The notes beneath the pieces were generated by a model. That model did not search any database. It was given only the letters and a program-made list of their open reading frames with translations, and was not told where the DNA came from. A program made the translations under genes and the position numbers. A DNA stretch of 64,000 bases from Amphiscolops sp. MND2022 (lineage: Eukaryota), in contig OZ076409.1 in assembly GCA_964187785.1 (NCBI GenBank), positions 62,064,001 through 62,128,000 on the forward strand, given 5' to 3'. This document shows, piece by piece, positions 38,870 through 51,094 of the stretch; the stretch's first letter is position 1; each line of letters begins with the position of its first letter.

Positions 38870-39852
38870 TGGACCAAAATCGAACTAGCAGCATCCTGCT
38901 AGTTCGTTACCGGATGTTTATTGTAATTTTCGAAGCGCTCTCAAACAGACTTCTATATGCACATTCAAAAAAGTTGACAACTTTTTCAACTGCAGCGAGA
39001 GCTCTTCCAAGTGTAAACAAACGCGCAATCATTTTCTCTGGTTGAAAGTTCAAAGCTACCGGTAGAATAGGATTTGGTTCATTGACTTGGCACACATGCA
39101 AAAGTTGGCAAGACACAACCATGGAGTTAACTTTAGCATGGTAGCAGTTGACACCCTGAATCGGTTTTTTGGGCAACGCCATTGAAACGCAAAACGGCCA
39201 TCGAATGTAAAAATTTCTTCTAGTTCATTAATAACAATCTCAACTCCAGAGGAAACAACAAAGCAAACCCTTTGAAGCTCAAATTCTGTTCAACAAATTG
39301 CGCAATTCCCCTGAAGCCTGAAAAAATTTGGGTAAATAAAGGTCGAGAATTTGCAGGACACTTTTCAGAATACTGCACTGATAATGACATCCAAATTTAT
39401 TCCACGCACAGGAAACAAAGTCAGCGTTTGCAGAGCGCAGTATTCGATCACTGAAGGCAAATTTGTTCAAATTTTTGCACGAAAAACAACATCGATACTT
39501 ATGTAGAAAACCTGCAACAATTCGTGGACGTCATCAACCGCCGTGTTAATCGTGTCACCAAGCTAGCTCCAAAGGAAGTACGCAAGTCGGATGTTCCATA
39601 ATTGATTTCCTTGAAAACACTAATACCCCTCTTCGGCTAATGTTTCACATTGTCCAGCAAATGAGAATAAAACGTAAAAGTGAGACTTTTCATAGATGGT
39701 ACCGCATTCAGTCCACTGAGGAGGTTTTCACAATAGCCGCAGTACAAACACTGAACCCTCCCACTGATACAATTAGGGACGCCAACACTCAGTTGTTTCT
39801 TGGGAAATTTCATGAGTCTGAACTAACTAGATTCGAAGAATCTCCTTTGTAA
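38870..39852 (+). pseudogene. Polinton retroviral-like (rve) integrase
   Basis: IWFIDLAHM, MVAVDTLNRF, PEKIWVNKGREF (WxDxGxEF), SAFAERSIRSLK, LAPKEV, EEVFTI and GKFHESEL; stops and frameshifts present. Confidence 0.92.
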
Positions 39853-39882
39853 TTCGGAAGCCGCTTGAACAAACTGGCGGAA

Positions 39883-40800
39883 ATGCAATCCCAAGACTTT
39901 ACAATGAATTTAGTGTCAAACGCCTCGATAGCAACCTTTCCAAACAAGACGCTGGCACACATGACAACCTCACTATCACAACAACTTATCCGGAGCGTGG
40001 GAAGTAGCAGTGTCGGAAGTTTCGTGGCCTTCAGCAATTCAAAGCATTACCAGCGGCAAATTCAAGTACCAGCTAAAACCAGCTCAACCAGATGATGGGC
40101 ATAGAGAAGACCAGAGGGAAAAAATTCACAAGAGAGCGTATGGCCTAGTGACCATGCACACCCCTCCTAAAATTGAAGATCATTACCTTGAACAGAAGAC
40201 CGGTACCATTAAACCAGGATTTTGCTTGACTGTCGACAAAATTTTGACGAACATTTTCAAAAAATCTTTTTAATTGCTGCAGCATAATTGCCAGTTACAT
40301 GAAATGTTGACAAGTCGTCACAAACATTGAAGGTTTGTTTTGATGGTAGCGAACGTGATTGCATTCTATTGAAAGCTACATCAAACGATTTGCAAAATAT
40401 GTTGGGCTTGAAAACAATTATTGATTGTAAGGAAGACAGTCAGTTCAACTTCGAGAACCAACCCTTTGAATTCAAAGACTGTCAGCAAGTTTCCAATTGA
40501 TATCAGCGGTGTGTGCAAGACGATCTATCTCTATTGCGATGTGGTGCAAAATGAAATTTTGGGAGACTCACAGACTGCGTTACTACGTATTCCACTATGC
40601 AATTTCCCAAGTAAACACCCCAGGCAACAATATTTAAACTATCAAACATTTACCAATCTCCAGTGGCGACGAATAGTCAAATCGAGCATCGAGTCAATAA
40701 CAATTTCCTTACGTAGCGAGTCGAGCCATCTGTTGCTTTTTTTAAGTCGAGGTCGCACGAACATCACTCTTCAATTTCGCCAACGCTGTGAGAGTTCCAT
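39883..40800 (+). pseudogene. Polinton minor capsid (penton) protein, copy 1
   Basis: FTMNLVSNAS..FPNKTLAHMTT.L, SEVSWP, IYLYCDVVQNEILGDSQTALLR and IESITISLR...ITLQFR. Confidence 0.88.
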
Positions 40801-41069
40801 TCTGGTCAAAGTCATCACCCTGAGCGGTCGCTTTATCGATGCTTCTTGCGATGCTCATTTTGGACTGCAAGTTCATCATCAATAAACATTTGGCGGCCCG
40901 GCGAGGCAATTTGGATCCGGTGGAATGGGCGCTTTTGCCATGCGTATGGGAAGAGTAGCGGTACCCCTTGTGAAAAATATATCTTGCCAGTTGCAAAACA
41001 GTTTGGAAAAAACTTGGTTCCGGCTTTTGTTACTGAACTGTCAACCGTTGTTTTCGGAAAAAACGACTT

Positions 41070-42765
41070 GTTTCAGAAAACCGCACTGATAATGACATCC
41101 AAATTTATTCCACGCACAGCGAACAATGTCAGCGTTTGCAGAGCGCAGTATTCGATCACTGAAGGCAAATTTGTTCAAATTTTTGCACGAAAACAACATC
41201 GATACTTATGTAGAAAACCTGCAACAATTCGTGGACGTCATCAACAGCCGTGTTAATTGTGTCACCAAGCTAGCTCCAAAGGAAGTACGCAAGTCGGATG
41301 TTCCATATTTGATTTCCTTGAAAACACTAATATTCCTCTTCGGCTAATGTTTCACATTGCCCAGCAAGTGAAAACAAAACGTAAAAGTGAGACTTTTCAT
41401 AGATGGTACTGCATTCAGTCCACTGAGGCGGTTTTCACGATAGCCGCAGTATAAACACTGAACCCTCCCACTGATACAATTAGGGACGCCAACACTCAGT
41501 TGTTTCTTGGGGAATTTCATGAGTCTGAACTAACTAGATTCGAAGAATCTCCTTTGTAATTCGGAAGCCGCTTGAACAAACTGGCGGAAATGCAATCCCA
41601 AGACTTTACAATGAATTTAGTGTCAAACGCCTCGATAGCAACCTTTCCAAACAAGACGCTGGCACACATGACAACCTCACTATCACAACAATTTATCCGG
41701 AGCGTGGGAAGTAGCAGTGTCGGAAGTTTCGTGGCCGTCAGCGATTCAAAGCATTACCAGCGGCGAATTCAAATACCAGCTAAAACCAGCTCAACCAGAT
41801 GATGGGCATAAAGAGGAACAAAGGGAAAATTTCGCAAGAGACTGTATGGCCTAGTGACAATGTACACCCCTCCTAAAATTGAAGATCATCACCTTGAACA
41901 GAGAACCGGGACCATTAAACCAGGATTGTGCTTGACTGTCGACCAAATTTTGACAAGCATTTTCAAAAAATCTTTTCAATTGCTGCAGCATAATTGCCAG
42001 TTACATGAAATGTTGACAAACTTCACAAACATTGAAGGTTTATTCTGATGGTAGCGAACGTGATTGCATTCTATTGAAAGCTTTATCAAACGATTTGCAA
42101 AATAAATTGGGCTTGGAAACAATTATTGATTGTAAGGAAGGCAGTTCAACTTCGAGAACCAACCCTTCGAATTCAAAGACTGTCAGCAAGTTTCCAATTG
42201 ATATCAGCTGTGTGTGCAACACGATCTTTCTCTATTGTGATGTGGTGCAAAATGAAATTTTGGGAGACACACAGACTGCGTTACTACGTATTCCACTAAG
42301 CAATTTCCTAAGTGAACACCCTAGGCAACAATATCTAAACTATCAAACATTTACCAATCTCCAGTGGCGACGAATAGTCAAATCGAGCATTGAGTCAATA
42401 CCAATTTCCTTACGTAGCGAGTCGGGCCATCTGTTGCCTTTTTTAAGTCGAGGTCGCACGAACATCACTCTTCAATTTCGCCATTGCTGTGAGAGTTCCA
42501 TTCTTGTCAAAGTCATCACCCTAAGCGGTCGCTTCATGGATGCTTCTTGCGATGCTCATTCTGTACTGCAAATTCATCATCAATAAACATTTGGCGGCCC
42601 GGCGAGGCAATTTGGATCCGGTGGAATGGGCGCTTTTGCCATGCGTATGGGAAGAGTAGCGGTACCCCTTGTGAAAAATATATCTTGCCAGTTGCAAAAC
42701 AGTTTGGAAAAAACTTGGTTCCGGCTTTTGTTACTGAACTGTCAAACGTTGTTTTCGGAAAAAAG
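41070..42765 (+). repeat. ~1.7-kb tandem duplicate of 39363-41063 (integrase 3' half, minor capsid, core protein 5' part)
   Basis: Near-identical sequence restarts at TTTCAGAA..CCGCACTGATAATGACATCC (~41071). Confidence 0.95.
41590..42500 (+). pseudogene. Polinton minor capsid protein, copy 2
   Basis: Same motifs as copy 1 (FLYCDVVQNEILGDTQTALLR). Confidence 0.88.
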
Positions 42766-43024
42766 ACCGCGCAAAGCTTTGAAAGACACCTTGAGGAAAA
42801 ATGCCATGAAAACATTGATGACCGACAGCAGCCAGGCGACGACTAAGGTCACGCTCTGGAAAACGGCGTCGAACGGGCCTTCGAGTAATTCGGGCTCACC
42901 GGCTACCAAAAAAGGCAAAGAAAAGATTACAAGCCTTACTGGCAGACCATTGACGACCTTTTCTAAAAAGAAGTCAGCCAAAAGAAGTCTCTCCGAGATT
43001 CTTTCCAACGACCACTTTTCCTAA
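42536..43024 (+). pseudogene. Polinton virion core-like protein (adenain substrate type)
   Basis: RQFGSGGMGAFAMRMGRVAVPLV: QxGxG followed by an amphipathic helix, with a basic C-terminus; located between mCP and MCP. Confidence 0.55.
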
Positions 43025-43040
43025 CTTTTCTTTTTCGGCA

Positions 43041-44390
43041 ATGAATAGTGGAAGCAGCAATGGCACAACAGGCACTTTGTTTACCGAAGCGTCGGAAATT
43101 GGCAGACCATTTACACAAAGTGCTTTGGACTTTTTCGAGCAACCGACTGTTTTGATCGATTATAAAGGTTCATTTGATCAGGAAGTATTTATCCACGTGG
43201 ACTGTCGCGGGCGCCAACTGGAGTTTGTTGTTTCAGCTGAAAACAAAAATTGTATAGACTTGAAGAGCCTTCGTCTAGCTCTGGAGGTGTGCATTTACGG
43301 ACCAGATGGCAACGACAAAATTACACCTGCAGACGTGGACTTCACATTTGCAAATAACATTTTACACTCTTTATTTTCTTATGTGGAGCTCTTTTTCGAC
43401 CGAAAATTGGTTTCCAGCAGCAACAATAATTATCATCATTTGGCCTAAATCGAAACTGAACTTACAACAGACATTGTCAGCAAGATGATGTGGGCTCAAT
43501 GTCAAGGCAATCACTACAGAGCGAATGACAAGTCTACTCAAGAGCTGAAGTTGAAGCAGCTGGACAATTTCCAAAAGAACGAAGAAATCTAAATTAAACT
43601 CCATGGCCCGCCGCATCATTTTTGCCTGGGGTTTCCACCCATTTGCGGTTCTACAGATAGCTGAGCAATTGCGCTCTCCAAAGCGTAGGTACTTGGACTG
43701 CGGATGACATCAAACGAATCGATCAGGCGCCTTTCTCTGTAGTTTTTGAAAAAAGCATCCCTTTTTGTAAGCAAAACTGTGCTGTCTGATTCCGTTGGAG
43801 TCAGTATAGAAGGAGCCCTGTTGAAAAGAGACGCTGTTCCTCCTTACATCGTAAGCCTGAACAAGCGTTTTATAATCCAAGCTGGACAAACTTGTTTTGT
43901 GAAGGAAAACGTTTTTGGGACAAAACCAATCAGCAGATTGACGTTGTGCATGGTGAGAAACAAATTTTTCAGGGTATCGACAATTGGAAGCACGCCGTTT
44001 CGATACAAAAAATTCAACCCGAGTAAAGTTGAAAGTCAGCGCAGCAATGAAGCTCCCATTGCTGGGACACCCATAAGGACTATAAATTGCTTACGTCTTT
44101 TTTTACAACACCATTTGTGCTCTAGGTTTATGAGAATGGCGGGAATGGAATATGAATGATATGAATATGACTTTGAAGATTACTTTTTCCTAGTTTTCTA
44201 CTTAACCTCGTCAAGAGAAGCGAGCAAGACGCTCACTCTTTTTCCGGAATTCACTGGAGGTGGCCTCACTCTCTAAAGTTGGATTTTTCAGAAGCCCTAA
44301 CGGATCCTATCGAACTTTTTATTGTTGGTGAAAGATTCAGTCAAGTGTTCATTTTCTCAAGGCGTAATATACGAAAAAATTTTCGAAGCA
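43041..44390 (+). pseudogene. Polinton major capsid protein (double jelly-roll)
   Basis: SALDFFEQP, LEFVV...IDL, NNILHSLFSYVE, SNNNYHH, ENVFG...RLTLCMV, TPF.Y..F and LDFSEAL...LFIVGE; stops and frameshifts present. Confidence 0.9.
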
Positions 44391-44394
44391 AACG

Positions 44395-44880
44395 ATGGAT
44401 ATCTTCACACTTACAAACGTGGCTGAAAGCTGCTGTTCATTTTCGCAATTGAAATATGCTGGTGTTGGTCGGCAAACAAGTTGTCATTACCGTCACTGGA
44501 TATGATGAAGAATGAGACTGTTAATACAACCAGCAAAATTTTTAGACCTTGTTTTTGAACTGTTATTTCATTATTACCACATCTCCAGTAGGAGCTGTCG
44601 TACAGCATTGGTTGTTGGTATTCGTATAGAGACCGCAAGTGTTTCTCAAGAGGCAATTGAAAACACTTATTTGCGTATGGGACCCATTAGGAAACCTTTT
44701 GTGAATTACACTTCAATTTTTGAACACTTGTTGACACTTTTCAAAAAGATTGGCACTGGAGAAATTTTTGAAATCAAGTTTCTTTTGCAAACATTGCCTT
44801 CAAACACTTGTGGTCTGCATTGTCTTCACATTGCTCATTACTTGATGCGTCTAGCTGATCACTTCATTTTTATTTTGTAA
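44395..44880 (+). pseudogene. Adenain-like (C5) cysteine maturation protease
   Basis: LQTLPSNTCGLHC (LQxxxSxxCGxxC motif) immediately after MCP; the catalytic His region is degenerate. Confidence 0.75.
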
Positions 44881-44989
44881 TGATCACTGTAAAACGATGT
44901 TGATGTATAAAGTAACATTACTCATGAGTATCATACCTGTGAATGCATGTAAATTTTACAGAACCTTGCCCAAAAACTGGCAGTTGAGT

Positions 44990-47900
44990 TACTTTTGACA
45001 AGCATTTTTACAGGAAGGTTCAGCATCAGGGCTTACATCGCTTTCAGAAGCCTCGTAGTCTAAAAAAGGACATGCAAAACGTGTAGCATCGGAATCAGAA
45101 ATTTCATCATTGGTAAGGGTATCAAAATTGATACACTGAGCTTCCTTGTCAGAACTCTCGTCGCTTGATTGGTTGAGAATGATCCAGGATCAGGAGCCGC
45201 TAAAATTGAAACATCTTTGTATCACACTCATCGAGTTTATCGATTAGTACAAGGTAATGCATGACAACTAGGATACCGTGTCATCTAAAATGTACCGCTT
45301 GTCATCGTAGCAGCTCAAAGGAACTTTGTTGACAGAGTTGACAAATATTTGATGACAGGTTGATTTGAGTTGAATCATCTTTCTACGTTCTGTTGATCGA
45401 GAAATTCGACCATCTGTGAATAAATTATGATGTAGCCTTTTTTGAAAGATTTCTGAACGCCTTTAGCACTCTGCTTAGTTCCTCCCACGTGATCGATGCT
45501 ATACAAGTTAGAACTCAAACAGACAACTTGTTTTAAAACTTTTCCGTTGAGTTCATCGGTCATTGTTAATGGTACCTTTTTGTTGGCTTTCTCTTGTAGA
45601 AAATGATTAACAGAGTGTTCCGAGAGGTCCAATAGATGTTTGAATGTGGCCATATTTTTATACAATTCTTCAGTTTTGATTCGATAAAGCAGGGAGTCTG
45701 TGTCTTTGTACGCTACTTTTACACGGTCTGCTCCATACCGCGGAAACATCTCCTCATATTGAAACTTGTACAAAGAAAGTTTTAAAAGTCCAAAATACTC
45801 ATGCCAACGTGTGTTGGTTTGTTCCATACCACTGAAGAGGGTTTCAAAGGAACAGAAACAAAATTTTTCTGATGTTTTCGAAACTTTTGAAGGTTGCCCG
45901 TTGAAAAACGTTTCAGCTTGAGTCTCTGTTGGAACGAACTTTAGAGTACTCACTACGATACATATGCCGCAAAAGTGGACTTTGTCATCCAGTGTAATGT
46001 GTATTTTCCGTAAAACGAGAGCAAACCGTATTCTAGTCAAATAGTGCACTGTGTTCATCGGGGATTGTGATGCACAGTGTAACAAGAATTTTTGCATCGT
46101 GATCATTGAGACTGATCTTGTAAAGTAGGTATTTACTGTATTTTGATCACTACGCGTAACGCCAAATCACACAGTGTAACGATGCAAAACACGTAACGCA
46201 TATATGAAATAAGAACGCGTTTTCCTTGGCTGTTAATCGAAATAGCAAGATCTTGCTAGTTCGTTGCGTCAAATGTATCGTGATGCTACGTCTTCTTAGA
46301 TTTTCCATTGTTTTGCTAAAAAAACATTCGACATTAGCTTGTGAAAATTTTTCTCGGAGTCAGTCGCGGCAATTTTACGCATTACAGTTTCTTTGGCTAT
46401 GTACGTTCCCAACCATTTCGACTGATGAAATTTTATCGCCCGGTGTAGATTCGTGACTATAGGACCATGTTAGAAATAGAATTTAACGTTTTCATGATGG
46501 CAAATGTAGTTATTTGTCAAGCATGGTCTCTATAAGCTTTTTATTTGCCGAGCTCATATTCAATCCAAATGACTTGGCAAAATCCGATTTCCATTCTTTA
46601 GGTATTTTTAGTTTTTCCGGAGTCAATGAAAGATCATTATGAGAGTTGTGTATTCAGGGAGGGTACACGAGGTCAACCTCGACGAAGTAACCAACGGGAG
46701 AGTCTTTGGGCGTAGACAGAATTTCATTCAAAGTAATATCAAGACACCATTGATACCCTCCGAGAGGCATTCCCATTTGCATCGTTCCTGCGTACAGAGA
46801 TGTTACATCAAAAAACGCCCCAAAAGTAACGTCTTTTTCAGGATTGAAATTATCCAGATACTTGTTGTTAGCTTCAAAATGCCCCAAGGCACCAACACCA
46901 TTGATTTTTTCTCGGATTGTTCTCTCAAATAACAACAGCTGATCAGTTTCCTGCATTAGTTCCATTTAAACGCCAGTTTTGATTTGCATGGCATCCCAAC
47001 TCAGGTTCGGAGCCGAATAAAAATGAGCTGTATCTAGCCTGTAGACTTGCAAGCAGACCTCCCTGAACCTTTGAAAAATATCGACCAGGATGAACACTTT
47101 TCAGATAGATATCTTGATAGTCGCCTAAATTTTGGCAAAGAAAAGCATTTTACATCTCCAAAGCACAACCATAATCTTGCTCAGTAATTTCAATACGTTT
47201 GCAAACTTTTCAAGGGAGTCAAGAAAAATGTATGGAAAGAGTCGTTTTGGGAAGATACTCTCGGTAATGTTTGGAGAACATGCCTTCAACAACTTGAAGT
47301 CTTGCTTGTCCAAGATTTCATCTAAAGATCCCAAGCTCTGAGACATAAACTGGAAGCTGTCCAGAAACCGTCAAGAATGATATTGAATGTAATTGTGACC
47401 CTTCTTGCTTTTGAGTTTTTCTATGGGCATATCCAAAAAGAACGAAATATGTAAGTTTCATGGTTTTTCGCTGTAGATGACAACTTTTCACCAGTCTCGA
47501 TTACCAAGTATTCAATAATATGATATGAGCGTCATAACGCGAGAGGTTGTGAAAAAATGCCGCCAAGAAAGTTGTTGTTCTCGCACGCAGGTTGCACTTG
47601 GAAAGAGCTACTCCAAATATTGTATCCGTTAGGTGACAGTGGTGAATTACCTGTTGACTTTCTTTCATCTCCTCACCACATAAACGGCATCTCAAGTAAT
47701 CTTGGTTCAGTAGAGAAATTCTATCATCTTTGGATATTCGTAGATTTTACATTTGTGTTTCTCTTTGAAATGCCATGTTGACCACAACTGAAGCAACTTC
47801 ATCCAATGTTGAATGCAGTCTTTTCCTTTTTAAATCTCTTTCTTCACAAAACTGTTACTTAAACTAAAAATTTTGGGTCAGAACGGGTTTCGTGAAACGC

Positions 47901-49207
47901 ACGTTTTTGATGCCGAAAAACCTAAAACTGCAAAGTTACTTCTATCGTCGATGAGAACAGCACCAACATTACACGGAAACTGCTTTTCACGTTCTTTAGT
48001 GTTGCTTCCCACAGTCGTAGATGGATTCAAAGGGACATCAATTGTCTCCAAATCTGCGTACACAAAAAAGGGGACTCTCTGTGTTTTCTGCCACCTGACA
48101 AACTCGAAAAAAAGAGCACACGTCGGCATACGAATTCCGAGTGGAGAGTAAGACTCACAAAATTTGAAACGTTTCCTGAAGTTTTTCTTGATGATAGGCT
48201 GAAAGCAGTTGGAGCAGAATTTTGACATTGAACCTTTCTTACGTTTGCAATTCGATGGTGTTAGTCGCTGAAGTAGATTGGAGAAATTAGTGATTAGGCA
48301 GTAGTGAGAGTTGGAGTCCACTATCAAAAGCAGCAGGTTAATTCGTTGCCTGGAAGTTTTTTGCTTGCTATAATACACAGAAACCAACTGCCTTCCTTCG
48401 AGTTGATAAACATTGATTGAAACATCATTCGACCGCTGGAAAGTAGGAAAACTGAATCAGGGCATTGGCATTCGCTCCGAATTAATTTCAGTCGCATCAT
48501 ATTTTCCTTGTGATTACTAGGATGGCTGGGTTGATCAATGAAAGAGAATATTGCAGCTGCTACGCAGTAAAGAAAACAAAAGTTGTCCTTCTTGTTCTTG
48601 ATGTTCAGCAAGCTGCGGGAAAGACCTTTGAGAACAGTTGGCGTTGCATTTTATGAATATTCACAGGCCATTTGGCACGTAGCTGTTTTGACTTCAACTG
48701 AAAGTAGAGAATATATCATCAAACCAGATCCACAGGATGCGTAAACACTCAAATTGGAAATGAGTTGGTCTTCATGAACGTGATATTTTTTATCTGTGAT
48801 ATATTCAGCCAAACGCATGTTATGAGAATTGAAGAAAGATGTCACGTCATCGTTGGTCAGTGGTTTCACAAGTTTAACAGCAATGCTAACTCCCACTTTT
48901 AAATTGGACTTTTAAATATTCCAATATATATGGAACAAAAGAAACACCTGTGAGCCGATGGAGACTGATGTTGATTTCTAAGATGCTTCAAGAAAGTCTT
49001 GCTTCGGTTGAATTGACTGCGACATTCTCCGCATTCGGATGAGGTAGAGTTCTCCACCAAATTTTGGCTATGTTTCGTTTTGAGACGGTTATTCAATTAC
49101 CGTCGGGAAGTGAAGACTTTTCCGCATGTCTCACACAGATGCATGATCTTTTATTCGAAAGAAGACCTGAAGGAGAAAGCTTTCTTGATTGGTTTTTGCA
49201 TTGACAT
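44990..49207 (-). pseudogene. Protein-primed family B DNA polymerase (pPolB) with N-terminal C2H2 fingers
   Basis: Exo I VYADLET, Exo II FHNLSRYDAH, Pol A FDVTSLYA, Pol B KLMSNVF..KTMENLRRR, Pol C YKDTDSL, and SAKGV and YDDKRY; many frameshifts. Confidence 0.95.
45951..46285. mobile_element. 335-bp CACTA/CMC-type MITE inserted in pPolB
   Basis: Imperfect 22-bp TIR (CACTACGATACATATGCCGCAA / TTGCGTCAAATGTATCGTGATG) and 2-bp TSD CT. Removing it restores ENLRRRSTLKFVPTE in frame. Confidence 0.8.
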
Positions 49208-49625
49208 TTTTAAGCTTTCATTGATTCAATCTGATTCACATCATTTTATAAAAAGGTTTCAGTCAAAAATTTTGTTGCATTTTTGGAAAACATTTCAATC
49301 GAAAACAAATCATTGTAATTCGATCCAAGAAAGCCTCCTCTTTGGAAATTCGATCTTTTTAAAAACCTGTTTTCAGTGAACAAACATTTGTTTTTATTTC
49401 AAAGAAAAGTTCTGAATAATACATGTTTCGTTTGAAACTGGTGCTTCAGGTTGAAGCAATTGCTATTCGAAAGTTTTGATAAAGTTTGGTTCAGAAAATT
49501 CAGTTTCAATGAAGCGTGGTTTCATTTGAGTTTCTATTACATCTTATAATTGGAAATAGACGACCGGTGTCAATTTTGTTAGATTTGGGTTCAATTTCAG
49601 AACCATGATAGAATTCATTAACATC

Positions 49626-49803
49626 GATACTTTGTGTGTGCCAAATGTCAACCAACTGTCAATGTTAAACTTGGTTAGTCCCTTGTGTATTCAGTTGCCA
49701 TATGACTGTCACTCTCAGCTGATAATTCTAGCTACTAAAGTTTCATATTAGCAAAAGTTGCAAAGGATTCAAAATCTACCTAACCCCCCCTTTACTCACT
49801 ACT
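49626..49803 (-). repeat. Polinton right TIR
   Basis: Ends ...TTTACTCACTACT and is followed by TSD CATGGA. Confidence 0.95.
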
Positions 49804-49906
49804 CATGGATTACATTTGTTAGTGTTTCATTGTTGGAAATTTTGTTGGCTTGATTTTTCATTGACTCTAGTCTCTGGAAATAATCGATGGTGGTTTGCAT
49901 TCACAG

Positions 49907-50303
49907 GTTAATTTCACAGTTGATCAGATCCGTGCCATCATGGACAAAAAATGGAACATCCGAAATATGTCCGTCATTGCACACGTGGATCATGGAAAAT
50001 CAACTTTAACGGATTCTCTCGTTTCCAAAGCTGGAATCATTGCCGGTGCAAAGGCTGGAGAGACTCGTTCGACAGACACCAGAAACGACGAACAAGAGCG
50101 ATGTTTTACCATCAAGTCTACTGGATATTCTCTTTACTATGAAGTCAAGGAGGAAGATATGCAGTTCATCGAAGATAAGACCGACGGAAATGGATTTCTG
50201 ATTAACTTGATTGATTCGCCTGGACATGTCGATTTTTCGTCAGAAGTGACAGCTGCTCTACGAGTAACTGACGGTGCCTTGGTTGTTGTCGACTGCGTGA
50301 ATG
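49907..50303 (+). CDS. EEF2: Eukaryotic elongation factor 2, exon (G1-G3 motifs)
   Basis: [19 protein letters not shown]...AHVDHGKST...[20 protein letters not shown]...DCVNG|GTGAGT. Confidence 0.95.
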
Positions 50304-51094
50304 GTGAGTAGTTGAGTAAATAGATAACGACATTAATAATGAACTCCATGACTTTGAAAAGTTTAAGAATAAACAACTTTCAATGAAAGGCATTCGCATC
50401 CTGACTCGATTGCCACATATGTCATGTGGTCGGGATTTTCTGTTCAGCTAGGTTCAGAATGCTTTTTCTCAGCGTTCCTACTGACGATTTGCTTAACATT
50501 ATCAGTCGTGGAAACGGAAATTAATTCTGGTTAATTCGAATCTTTGAACAATTCGTATGTATTGTTGACCCCAATTTGCAACGACCAAATATCATCCGGT
50601 TATTTAGTATTTCTCCTTACTCCTACTATTTCATTCGGTCCCCAGCGATACGGATTAGACGGATTAGACTAGCTTCTTGAATTTTTATGAGATCAGTTTT
50701 CTTGAAACACCTGGTCATAAGAAACACTGAGCGATTGTTTGGAAAAAGCGGAAAGCGAAAAAGGTCCTAAAAGCTAGGTTGGCGGTCAGCTAGTCAAGTC
50801 ACTGTTGGCAAATCTTTGTGTTGAAAAGACGTAATTAATCGTTTGTTGAGACCTTTCGAAGATGTAAATGTAAAGTTTTCCTTTGGCTATTTCTCAAAAT
50901 ATACTGGATTTTTAGTCGGAGCTTCATGAAGTAAGTGAAACGCGACTGTTATAGTGATTTTTTTCAATCCACACGAACTGACCAAAATAGTTCTACAAAA
51001 GTTCTACTTCTATGGTGTCAAATTGAGCCATTAGGCCTAGAGAACTGGACCAAAAAGGTTTCTTCTTTTTTTCCGCGTAACATACAATACCGGA

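Larger units (their letters stand above)
12284..49803. mobile_element. Full-length degenerate Polinton/Maverick (adintovirus-like endogenous viral element) with nested insertions
   Basis: 5'-AGTAGT...ACTACT-3' termini, ~180-bp TIRs and a perfect 6-bp TSD CATGGA (12278-12283 and 49804-49809). Internal remnants of ATPase, integrase, mCP, MCP, protease and pPolB. Confidence 0.95.

Noticed and set aside
49895..49906. ORF-track start MHSQ for eEF2 (likewise [11 protein letters not shown] at 51415)
   Set aside because: These are intronic sequence read through the splice acceptor.
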